Virus record (IMG/VR): IMGVR_UViG_3300025836_000007
Coordinates: 1 to 35,393 of that record
DNA from: a virus
DNA length: 35,393 bases
Reading direction: 5' to 3' (one strand)
Position 1 is the stretch's first letter. Each line of letters starts with the position of its first letter. Shown piece by piece: positions 25,510 through 32,639 of this stretch. Both the position numbers and the translations under genes were made by a program. The notes under the pieces were generated by a model. The model worked only from the letters and a program-made list of their open reading frames with translations, was not told where the DNA came from and did no database searches.

Positions 25510-25694
25510 ACGCCCAGCATGGTTTTCGTGTCAGCCGCAAGCCGTTTCCGTGTCGCTGCGACGGAGGGCCTCGAAACTCCCAGTTTCGGGCGCATCTTTC
25601 TCCTTGGGCATGCAGGGTGTGCAGTGGGTGCGCCCCAAGAATCGATGCCCCCTACCTATGCGGCATGCGTTCGGCCGGTATAGGCACGTCAGCG
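25510..25694 (-). promoter_or_regulatory. early/late boundary non-coding region with a GTTTC-type repeat cluster
   Basis: The largest minus-strand intergenic gap. Perfect inverted repeat CGAAACT-CCC-AGTTTCG (25572..25588). Direct repeats GTTTTCGTGTC (25522..25532) and GTTTCCGTGTC (25544..25554) lie 22 nt apart. Confidence 0.45.
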
Positions 25695-25895
25695 TCACAC
25701 GCCGATGCGTGTCGGGAGTGTGCGCGCCTCGAGGTCGTGTGTGTACGCGACCATGCGCGCGTGCGCTTTCTCGATCGGCACGGTCGACCACTCGCCGGTG
25801 CGCGCGTCGTAGCCGTGGCCCTCGGCGCCTATATCCTCGAACAGCGTGTGCGCGTCGGCCTCGAACTCGTCGTGCCCGTACGTTGTGTCGCTCAC
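25695..25895 (-). CDS. hypothetical acidic protein (66 aa)
   Basis: Track ORF with a GTGA-coupled start. Confidence 0.5.
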   Translation of the reverse strand: MSDTTYGHDEFEADAHTLFEDIGAEGHGYDARTGEWSTVPIEKAHARMVAYTHDLEARTLPTRIGV

Positions 25896-26179
25896 TGTCC
25901 CGCCCTCTCGATCGCCGCGTTGAGTCGCATCGCTGGGCAGTCCGGGTGGTGGTAGTTACCGTCGCTCATCTTGACGTAGCCGGGACTGGGGAGCTCGCCT
26001 TGACGGCCTCTCATGTCGTCGGACCATTCCCCGCTGCCGCATCCGATACAGTGACGTGACGAGTCCCACTCGTACTCGTACCAAGCCAACGGCGCGCCCA
26101 TGCCAACGTCGCCCGCCCCGGCACGGTCGCCCACGGGATCGCCGACAAGCGCCTGTACCGCGTCCGCGATATCGCTCAT
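25892..26179 (-). CDS. hypothetical Cys/His-containing protein (95 aa)
   Basis: CIGCGSGEW...HHPDC. ATGA-coupled. Confidence 0.5.
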   Translation of the reverse strand: MSDIADAVQALVGDPVGDRAGAGDVGMGAPLAWYEYEWDSSRHCIGCGSGEWSDDMRGRQGELPSPGYVKMSDGNYHHPDCPAMRLNAAIERAGQ

Positions 26180-26442
26180 CGTCCCGCCTCCGACATCCCG
26201 GTCGGGTTCTCGAGCAGCAGCATCGCCATGCGTTCGACCGCCTGCACGAATGACTCTTCCGTTGCCACAATTGCCCCGCTCGTGTCACGCAGACTACGCA
26301 GGACGATGGCGCACGAGCCATCAGACGCTGTCCATAGGACACTGAGCCCCAGCGTCACGCACAGGTTCACGGCGTCAGTGAACCGCTCCGCCTCTCGTCG
26401 GGCGCGCTCAATGGCTTTGGACTTCCTGCCGTCACCTATCAC
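26176..26442 (-). CDS. hypothetical protein (88 aa)
   Basis: Track ORF with a GTGA-coupled start. Confidence 0.5.
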   Translation of the reverse strand: MIGDGRKSKAIERARREAERFTDAVNLCVTLGLSVLWTASDGSCAIVLRSLRDTSGAIVATEESFVQAVERMAMLLLENPTGMSEAGR

Positions 26443-26828
26443 TGTCCCGCCCTCTCTCGTCTATCCTGTGCCGTCTTTGAGTGATGACATGGCAGGCACC
26501 GCACGCGTCCCTTGTGCACGTCCAGGTCGCCGTGCACGTGGTCGTACTCCCAGCGTACGCCGTCCGGGTGCAGCTTGCCCTTGAGCGCCACACCGCATGC
26601 CTCGCACAGCCCACGCGCCATCACGTAGCGCCGTGCCCTGGCAGCGCGATACTCAGGCGTCGCGTACTCGGCGCGATGAGGCTGCCTCGCCAGGCGCTCA
26701 GCCTCGGTCTGAGGGCGTGAGCCGTAGATGGGCGCGCACCTAGGGCAGTACGCGGCGCCGTCCTCCGTGCGCTTGCCACAGTGCCCGCACGAGCCTGCGA
26801 ACAGCGCGCGCCTACTCGGCCTCGCCAT
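26439..26828 (-). CDS. HNH endonuclease
   Basis: CEACGVALKG...EYDHVHGDLDVHKGRVRCLPCHHSKT fits the HNH (C..C...DH...N/H...C..CH..K) pattern, with an extra N-terminal CGHC...CPRC zinc ribbon. Confidence 0.65.
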   Translation of the reverse strand: MARPSRRALFAGSCGHCGKRTEDGAAYCPRCAPIYGSRPQTEAERLARQPHRAEYATPEYRAARARRYVMARGLCEACGVALKGKLHPDGVRWEYDHVHGDLDVHKGRVRCLPCHHSKTAQDRRERAGQ

Positions 26829-27366
26829 CGCTCACCGCCCGTCGTCGCGCCCTGGACACGCGCTGCTGTGCGACCCACTGCTGCTTCTGAATCTCGTACT
26901 CGGCGAGCGCGTCGTTGAGCGCCTCGATCAGCAGCGTCTTGTGGCAGATGCCGCACAGGCCCGTCTTCTTGACCGTAGCCGGTCGCTTGCTGCAGTGCGG
27001 GCACAACTCGAGTTCGCCGTGAGCGTAGGCCACGATGTTGCGCTCGAGCGCGGCCATGTCGATGCGACCGGAGCGCACAAGGTCGGCTGCCAGGCCCACG
27101 TCACCGATGCGCATGTCCGCCGGGATCGCGAATCGGCGTCCAGCACGCGAACCTCTACGCCGGAGCGAGATCGCGACGTCATGCGCCTTGCAGTAGATCG
27201 CGTTGAGTGTGAGCGGCGCGACGTCGGGCCGACTGATGGCACGGTTCGCGTTCAGGACCTCGAGAAGGACCCTGGCTCCGAAGCGCGCGTTGGCCCGCAT
27301 CAGCTTGATTTCGGCCATCGTCCAGTCGCGCGGTTTCTGTCCTCCGGTTTCTGTCTCCGACTTCAC
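26812..27366 (-). CDS. hypothetical protein with CPHC...CGIC zinc ribbon (184 aa)
   Basis: The GTG at 27366 is in a GTGA overlap, with an alternative ATG at MAEIKLM. The product contains a WT-x-AEI Myb-like stretch. Confidence 0.45.
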   Translation of the reverse strand: MKSETETGGQKPRDWTMAEIKLMRANARFGARVLLEVLNANRAISRPDVAPLTLNAIYCKAHDVAISLRRRGSRAGRRFAIPADMRIGDVGLAADLVRSGRIDMAALERNIVAYAHGELELCPHCSKRPATVKKTGLCGICHKTLLIEALNDALAEYEIQKQQWVAQQRVSRARRRAVSDGEAE

Positions 27367-27533
27367 GACTTCTCCCCGTCGTCGGTCATCGCTTCGAGGG
27401 CGGCGATCATGGACGCGTGGCGCATCCACTCGTCGTACAGGGCACACGTCGTGGCCGCGTCCGTGCTGGTGAACGTGACCATCGCCAGTCCGGTCGCGGG
27501 ATCGTAGAGGGTGAGGCTCTGCGGGTCGCTCAT
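27363..27533 (-). CDS. small hypothetical protein (56 aa)
   Basis: Translated by hand: MSDPQSLTLYDPATGLAMVTFTSTDAATTCALYDEWMRHASMIAALEAMTDDGEKS. ATGA overlap upstream and GTGA downstream. Below the track cutoff. Confidence 0.45.
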   Translation of the reverse strand: MSDPQSLTLYDPATGLAMVTFTSTDAATTCALYDEWMRHASMIAALEAMTDDGEKS

Positions 27534-28360
27534 GCTCTCAGCGCCGCCCTCTCATGCAGCGCCTTGATCTGGCCGTAGGTTCGTGCGAAGTCAGCAGCGA
27601 ATCCGTCCTGTGCCGCGTAGCCGATGCCGACGCAGGTCGTCTGTGAGCCGAAGTCCTGGACCCACCGCTGCACCGACCGCTTCTCATCCGTGGTCAGGTC
27701 CCGGTCCAGCTTGCCGATGTACGTCTCGATGGCGATGGTCGGGTCGTCAGCCTGTGGATAACTCCCGCGCTCTTTACGTTGAGAGCCGGAAGACCTTGAA
27801 GACACGGGGGTTTGCTCTAGGGGTTGAAGGGCTTGGGTCAAGGGCTTGGGGCTGGTGGGCTGCTGGTGGGCTGCTGGTGGGCTGCTGGTGTCTGCTGGTC
27901 CAGCACAAGCCGTATGCTGGTCGTGACCTGCGCGTTTCTTCACCAGCACGCCACCAGCAGACGTACCAGCAGACTTCCCGAACACGCCCCCTGCTGAGCG
28001 TGGTGCGCTGGCTGCACGCGCCTTCCCGGCTGCGACCTTCGCCTCGTGAACAGCCACGCGCTTCTCCTCCACTTCGATGCGAGACGGCTGGTAGTCCTGG
28101 TAGTCGTGGATGCGCCAGCCGCCGCGGACTCGCTCCCACATCCGTGCCTTCTTGAGCGCCTTGGCGAGGTCGGCAGGATCGTGGTCCTTGAGCGTGTAGA
28201 GTCCCGCGAGCTTGCCGTCCGGTATGAAGCCATCCGTGAGCCAGCGGTTGCAGTAGCACAGCGCGCTGATGTGCAGCCAGGTGGCGGCAGCGACGAGGTC
28301 GCCGAGTTTCGCCAACTTGGGATGGTCCGGGAACCTGTCGTCGATCGCGACCCAGCTCAC
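27530..28360 (-). CDS. putative replication initiator / replisome organiser (DnaD-like C-terminus)
   Basis: N-terminal WVAIDDRFPDHPKLAKLG..., a low-complexity linker, and C-terminal ...IETYIGKLDRDLTTDEKRSVQRWVQDFG...IGYAAQDG resembling phage DnaD/organiser domains. The gene contains the iteron array. GTG at 28360. Confidence 0.45.
   Translation of the reverse strand: MSWVAIDDRFPDHPKLAKLGDLVAAATWLHISALCYCNRWLTDGFIPDGKLAGLYTLKDHDPADLAKALKKARMWERVRGGWRIHDYQDYQPSRIEVEEKRVAVHEAKVAAGKARAASAPRSAGGVFGKSAGTSAGGVLVKKRAGHDQHTACAGPADTSSPPAAHQQPTSPKPLTQALQPLEQTPVSSRSSGSQRKERGSYPQADDPTIAIETYIGKLDRDLTTDEKRSVQRWVQDFGSQTTCVGIGYAAQDGFAADFARTYGQIKALHERAALRA
27827..27974. repeat. iteron-like repeat array inside the organiser gene (candidate ori)
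   Basis: AAGGGCTTGGG x2. GCTGGTGGGCT x3 perfect (27851..27883) plus two degenerate copies. Inverted CACCAGCA / CCACCAGCAG / ACCAGCAG copies at 27941..27974. Confidence 0.5.
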
Positions 28361-28617
28361 GGACGCCTCGCCTCCTGCAGCGCGATCGCGCGTTCCTCGA
28401 GCGCCTCGCGGACGCAGATACGGCACTCGATGGCCCACGTGGGCCCGAACTCGGCGCCGCGCGCGTAGCACTCCGGATCCGTGATGTCGACGTGCAGGCG
28501 GTCATAGAGCGGCCCCCCGCGTACGAACGGGCAGTTGCCGCCGCCAATCACCAGCGCGTCTATCGCCGCCTTGAGGAGATCGTGCTCCTCGCACGTGGCG
28601 GTGCACTTCGGTCTCAT
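28357..28617 (-). CDS. hypothetical Cys-rich protein (86 aa)
   Basis: Six Cys residues, including ECRIC. ATGA-coupled. Confidence 0.5.
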   Translation of the reverse strand: MRPKCTATCEEHDLLKAAIDALVIGGGNCPFVRGGPLYDRLHVDITDPECYARGAEFGPTWAIECRICVREALEERAIALQEARRP

Positions 28618-29069
28618 GCGTTTCCCCCTTCGTCACGGCGACGCGCATGGCGTCGGACGTACGCCTTGCCGCCCTGGTTGCGGCGTCGGGCGTGTCGGTT
28701 GCCGTAGTTGAAGCCGACGATCCTGGACAGCACGCCGTGCCGGCCCTGGTCAACGTCTCCGCTCCGCAGCTTCTCCGCGCGCTTGGCGAGGCACGCATCG
28801 CACGGACAGCCGGCGATGATCCAGCCCGGACGCATCGTGGTGAGCACCACAGAGCCCGGTGCGACCAGCAGGTGGATTCCCTCGGGCGTGATGAACACGC
28901 GGCGCTTGGTGGCCCCGTAGCGCACCACAGGGCGCGCGGTGGCCATCGCGAGCACCACTGCCTCGCAGCCATGGCGGACGTCGGCGGCCGTGACGTCTCT
29001 CTCCGGGATCCCGGCGACGCGCTCGGCCCAGCGGCGTCCTGCGTGCGGGTGGGCGATGTACTCCTCCAC
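28614..29069 (-). CDS. hypothetical protein with a duplicated basic C-terminal motif (151 aa)
   Basis: RHARRRNQGGKA / RHARRRDEGGNA tandem at the C-terminus. Confidence 0.5.
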   Translation of the reverse strand: MEEYIAHPHAGRRWAERVAGIPERDVTAADVRHGCEAVVLAMATARPVVRYGATKRRVFITPEGIHLLVAPGSVVLTTMRPGWIIAGCPCDACLAKRAEKLRSGDVDQGRHGVLSRIVGFNYGNRHARRRNQGGKAYVRRHARRRDEGGNA

Positions 29070-29071
29070 GG

Positions 29072-30205
29072 CTACAGCGCCTTCATGAGGTCGCGCACGC
29101 GGTCGATCGCGTCGCCGGCCTTGATGATGCGATTCATGCCCGGCATGGTCCCGGAGAGCAGCTCATGCGCGTGGGCGAGGTGTGTGTCGATGAGCTCGCG
29201 GCGCAGGATGTGCTCGCGATCGGCGCTCGCGTCGGCGATGGTGATCGTGACGGCTGCCTCGCCCTGCAGGATGTTGTCGACGGCGTCGTGCAGCAGGTCG
29301 TCGCGCGTGGTGCGGTCGGCGCCGGCGTCGGTCATGTCATCGGCGCACGACTGGCACAGGTCGGGCTCGGCCCACGTGAGGCCTCCGGCGCAACCCTCAT
29401 CAGTGGCGCCGCACACGCGGCAGGCGACGAGGTCGACCACGCAGTCACACAGCTCCTCGGGATCGCTGCCGGGGATGTACGGATCGCCCTTCGCGCTGTC
29501 CGCGCACCCGCTGCACAGGTCGGCCTCGATCCAGCGGCGTCCGGTCTCGCAGATCTCGGAGTCGGTGGCCCCGCACTCGCGGCACACGACGTATGCGTGC
29601 TCCTCCGGCAGCGGGGCCCCTTCGACGAACTCGGCGTCGTCGGGGTCGATCGCGAGCATCGCCTCGCGGGCCTCGTGAGCGGCGAGCTGCTCGAGCGGTC
29701 CTGCTGCTATGGGATCGGGCACGGGGGAGTCCGTGGGGCGGCTCGGCTCCTGTGCGGCCTCCTGGGGCGCGATCGCGTTGAAGTCCGGGTACGTCTTCTT
29801 GAGCACGTGCAGGCGGTTCATGATCGCGGACTCGCTGCGGTCGAGCAGCTCCGCCAGGTTCTTGCGGCCCAGGTTGCGCTTGGTGCGCAGGATCTCGTCC
29901 TCTTCCGGCGTCCAAGACCCTTCGCGGGCCTTGCGCGTGGTTACAGGTGACACCATGTCCGTTCTCCTCTCGGGTAGGGTGGGTCGGTCGGGCGCTGTGC
30001 GGCGCTTGTTCTTCTTGCAGGCGGCTGCGTAGCCCGCCTTGCGGATCCCGCGGGTCGTGCAGTCGCTGTGAGTGGCGGTGGGTCGTTCGTAGCCCTCGCA
30101 GTCGTAGCAGCGCATGGCGGGCGTGAGCTGTCCCCACATGAGGCTGCCGGCGGGCTTAGCCATGCCGTCGTTGAGAGCGGCTGATCCGCCGGGGTCGACG
30201 CTCAC
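29072..30205 (-). CDS. Myb/SANT-like HTH protein with a duplicated 4-Cys module (377 aa)
   Basis: WTPEEDEILRTKRNLGRKNLAELLDRSESAIMNRLHVLKK (Myb-like). CRECGATD...DLCSGCAD and CRVCGATD...DLCQSCAD modules. A possible internal start (GAGAGGAGAA-N5-ATG, near 29956) lies in the same frame. Confidence 0.55.
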   Translation of the reverse strand: MSVDPGGSAALNDGMAKPAGSLMWGQLTPAMRCYDCEGYERPTATHSDCTTRGIRKAGYAAACKKNKRRTAPDRPTLPERRTDMVSPVTTRKAREGSWTPEEDEILRTKRNLGRKNLAELLDRSESAIMNRLHVLKKTYPDFNAIAPQEAAQEPSRPTDSPVPDPIAAGPLEQLAAHEAREAMLAIDPDDAEFVEGAPLPEEHAYVVCRECGATDSEICETGRRWIEADLCSGCADSAKGDPYIPGSDPEELCDCVVDLVACRVCGATDEGCAGGLTWAEPDLCQSCADDMTDAGADRTTRDDLLHDAVDNILQGEAAVTITIADASADREHILRRELIDTHLAHAHELLSGTMPGMNRIIKAGDAIDRVRDLMKAL

Positions 30206-30459
30206 CGGGAGTCCCTCTCGATCCAGACGCGGCAGCCATCGGCACGCGCGGTCCAGGGCAGCGAGGCCTCGTGCAGACAGCTGTTGGCGTCGGCCATGAC
30301 GACCGCGGCGTCGCCGAGGGGCTGCCAGCTGTCGGGGCGCACGATCTCCACCCTCGGCAGACCCGCGCGGTTCGCCTGGTCGATCATCTTGAGCAGGCGG
30401 GCCGCGCCGATCAGGCGACGGCGAGGAGGCGTGCCCTGGCGGAGCGCGCGGGGGCTCAC
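30202..30459 (-). CDS. hypothetical protein (85 aa)
   Basis: The GTG at 30459 lies in the conserved GTCGTCGTGA junction. Track ORF 30202..30678 was trimmed. Confidence 0.45.
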   Translation of the reverse strand: MSPRALRQGTPPRRRLIGAARLLKMIDQANRAGLPRVEIVRPDSWQPLGDAAVVMADANSCLHEASLPWTARADGCRVWIERDSR

Positions 30460-30758
30460 GACGACACCGCCGGCGCGGTCGTGGTGATGCAGGTGTCCGG
30501 GAACTTGCGCTCGGTCGAGCCGAACGGGTACGAGGCCTCGCAGAAGCTCGGCAGGTCGTCCTCGTCGCGGTTCGGGCAGTCCTCGCCCTTGCACGGCACG
30601 ACGTAGGCGGCGTGGCAGTCTGAGCCGCTGCAGTACTCCATGTCGCAGGGCATCAGGTCCGGGAGCGAGCAGCCGCACTCATCCCCGGCGAGCGCCTGAT
30701 ACCCGCCCTCGGTGAGCGCCGACACGATCAGGTCTTTGAGGCTCGGAGTGTCGCTCAT
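30456..30758 (-). CDS. hypothetical Cys-rich acidic protein (100 aa, 9 Cys)
   Basis: Track ORF, ATGA-coupled. Confidence 0.5.
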   Translation of the reverse strand: MSDTPSLKDLIVSALTEGGYQALAGDECGCSLPDLMPCDMEYCSGSDCHAAYVVPCKGEDCPNRDEDDLPSFCEASYPFGSTERKFPDTCITTTAPAVSS

Positions 30759-30988
30759 GACCCGCTCCTGCGCGCGGCCATCTGCTCACGCAGGAAGTCC
30801 GTGATCTCCTCGAGGCACTCGGCGTCGAACAGCGTGCAGGGCTGCGGTGTGACCACGTAGCGGCGCCACGGTGCGTACCAGGCGACGATCGCGAGCAGCG
30901 AGTCGTCGCTGAGGTTGCGGATCTCCCATCGATTCGTCTTGCCGCTGTCGCTCGTCCCGTACAACACGAAGGTCAGGTGCTTGCTCAT
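30755..30988 (-). CDS. hypothetical protein (77 aa)
   Basis: The ATG at 30988 lies in the conserved junction motif. Track ORF trimmed. Confidence 0.5.
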   Translation of the reverse strand: MSKHLTFVLYGTSDSGKTNRWEIRNLSDDSLLAIVAWYAPWRRYVVTPQPCTLFDAECLEEITDFLREQMAARRSGS

Positions 30989-31215
30989 GACGACACCGCC
31001 TTGCGAGTGCCGCGCGGCTTGTGGTCCGTGCGGGTCACGGTGACGGTGCCGCCGCACTCACGGAGCGTCCGATCGCGCATTCCCGGATCGTGTATGCGGT
31101 AGCGATCCTCGATCTGCTGCTTCACCTCGTCGACCACGCGGTCGTGCGGCGTCGTCAGGACCATCGTGGTGAGCACGCCGCATTTGGAGCATGTGACGCG
31201 GAGAGTCGTCCTCAT
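30985..31215 (-). CDS. hypothetical protein (76 aa)
   Basis: The ATG at 31215 lies in the conserved junction motif. Track ORF trimmed. Confidence 0.5.
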   Translation of the reverse strand: MRTTLRVTCSKCGVLTTMVLTTPHDRVVDEVKQQIEDRYRIHDPGMRDRTLRECGGTVTVTRTDHKPRGTRKAVSS

Positions 31216-31817
31216 GACGACACCGCCGTGCGGTACTGGCCGATGGCCCACGTGATCGCGTAGCACGCCCAGATGTAGCGCCAGGCAAACCGGCGGAAGT
31301 CCCACTCCCACGAGAGGTCGGCCGTGATGTCCTCGTGCTTGAACTCGCTCAGGCGCTGGTGCGCATCCTGCTCGGTGAGGTCGTCGGCGCAGTCGAGCAA
31401 CTCCTCCTTTACGGCCGCCACGAACTCCCCGCGGTTGTCCGATTCCTCGTACTCTGTGATGTCCTCAGCCACTTCGTCGCGCCACTCTTCGACGAGCTGA
31501 CGGTACTTGTCGACGGAGAACTCACGGATGCCGTCGCTGTGGTCAACGGCAACGCACTTCTCCGACCAGTAGCCCGGGTTGATCCCGTCGCTGCCGAAGA
31601 AGCCGAGCATGTCGTCCGTCCGGCTGAAGACGTAGTCGCCCATGTCGCCGACGTACGCGAGGTAGCCCGGCCATGTGATGATGTCGAAGCGGTAGACCAT
31701 CGTGCCGGGTTTGCTGCAGCGCAGGTGGCGGTAGAGGCCGTCCTCCTTGATGACGGTGAGCACGTGCTCGGCGGTGTCCGCGGTGAAGTGCTTGAGAATG
31801 TCGCGGGGCTCGCTCAT
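31212..31817 (-). CDS. conserved-looking hypothetical protein (201 aa)
   Basis: Track ORF. GLYRHLRCSKPGTMVYRFDIITWPGYLAYVGDMGDYVFSR looks like a folded domain, but no family was recognised. Confidence 0.55.
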   Translation of the reverse strand: MSEPRDILKHFTADTAEHVLTVIKEDGLYRHLRCSKPGTMVYRFDIITWPGYLAYVGDMGDYVFSRTDDMLGFFGSDGINPGYWSEKCVAVDHSDGIREFSVDKYRQLVEEWRDEVAEDITEYEESDNRGEFVAAVKEELLDCADDLTEQDAHQRLSEFKHEDITADLSWEWDFRRFAWRYIWACYAITWAIGQYRTAVSS

Positions 31818-32140
31818 GACGACGCCTTCGGCTCTGCCAGCAGGGTGCCCGCCAGCGGCACCATCGGGACGGTCTGCCCGGCGAGGTGGTGCGTTGAGTC
31901 CCCGAGGAACTCCAGCATCCCGTCACGCATGAACAGGTGGCAGACGTGATGCACGGGAGGGTCGTCCCAGTCGTAGCGCGTCAGGAGGCTCGGGGTGAGC
32001 GTGGGGGCGGCCGCGTCGCCGTTGTAGCCCCATGCCTTCTCTCCCTGCGTTGTGGCAGTGTGGGGCGCGTCGCAACCGGGGCACCAGAACATCAGGTATC
32101 CGTTGTCGCCGCTCGGGTTGGTGATCACCCTCTCGCTCAT
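31814..32140 (-). CDS. DUF6527-like phage protein (family recalled from memory)
   Basis: YLMFWCPGCDAPH...WGYNGD...PTLTPSLL...VCHLFMRDGMLEFLGDSTHHLAGQTVPM. ATG at 32140 in the junction motif. Confidence 0.45.
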   Translation of the reverse strand: MSERVITNPSGDNGYLMFWCPGCDAPHTATTQGEKAWGYNGDAAAPTLTPSLLTRYDWDDPPVHHVCHLFMRDGMLEFLGDSTHHLAGQTVPMVPLAGTLLAEPKASS

Positions 32141-32439
32141 GACGACGCCTTCTTCGCCCGGATGGCCTCGAGCCACATGATGCTGACGGCGGCGACCTGC
32201 ACCAGCTCGGCCTCGAGGTGCGTGTAGTAGTGGTTCCGGTCCCGACCCGACAAGTAGTGCTCGTTGATCTCGTGCGCGACCTCGCCGACCTCTTCGACCA
32301 GGATCGAGAGCCGCGAAGGCGTGCTCATGGACGGGTGCAGCGGCGTGTTGACGAGTCCGTGCTTCGCCACGGCTGCGGCGACCTCGGCTGCGACCGCGGC
32401 CAGCACGTCGACTGACAGGTACGCCTTCTCGCCGCTCAT
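32137..32439 (-). CDS. mazG: MazG-like nucleotide pyrophosphohydrolase
   Basis: SILVEEVGEVAHEI carries the EExGE metal-binding motif of all-alpha NTP-PPases, and the size (100 aa) is typical. Confidence 0.6.
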   Translation of the reverse strand: MSGEKAYLSVDVLAAVAAEVAAAVAKHGLVNTPLHPSMSTPSRLSILVEEVGEVAHEINEHYLSGRDRNHYYTHLEAELVQVAAVSIMWLEAIRAKKASS

Positions 32440-32639
32440 GAGACCCTCGCCTTCGGGCCCTTGGCGAGCTCGCGCCGGCGGAGCGCCTCGAGGGCGATCC
32501 GTAGGGCCTTTTTCGGCGGGTGACCCATGATCTCGAGCCAGAGGCGCATCTTGCGTGTGCGGATCTCGGCGGCGCGCGCCGCGTATCCGGCCGGGTCGAG
32601 TTTGCGGGCCTTGCGGCGCGCGGTCCTGGCGCGGCTCAT
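32436..32639 (-). CDS. small basic protein (67 aa)
   Basis: The ATG at 32639 is in an ATGA overlap. MSRARTARRKARK... Confidence 0.45.
   Translation of the reverse strand: MSRARTARRKARKLDPAGYAARAAEIRTRKMRLWLEIMGHPPKKALRIALEALRRRELAKGPKARVS

Noticed and set aside
25311-25595. A 94-aa ORF with AAGGAG just upstream of its ATG in the early/late gap
   Set aside because: The SD-to-ATG spacing is only about 4 nt and the product is Ala/Arg/Ser low-complexity. It overlaps the better-behaved 25159..25509 frame. I kept the region as regulatory instead.
27851-27901. A CRISPR array or a simple coding VNTR
   Set aside because: The units are 11 nt with no spacers, far too short for CRISPR. The period is not a multiple of 3, and inverted copies follow, which fits protein-binding iterons better than a peptide repeat.
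28357-28617. A WhiB-like Fe-S transcription factor
   Set aside because: The Cys spacing does not match C-x(n)-C-x2-C-x5-C (only ECRIC, with no fourth Cys five residues later). There is no GVWGG-type turn.
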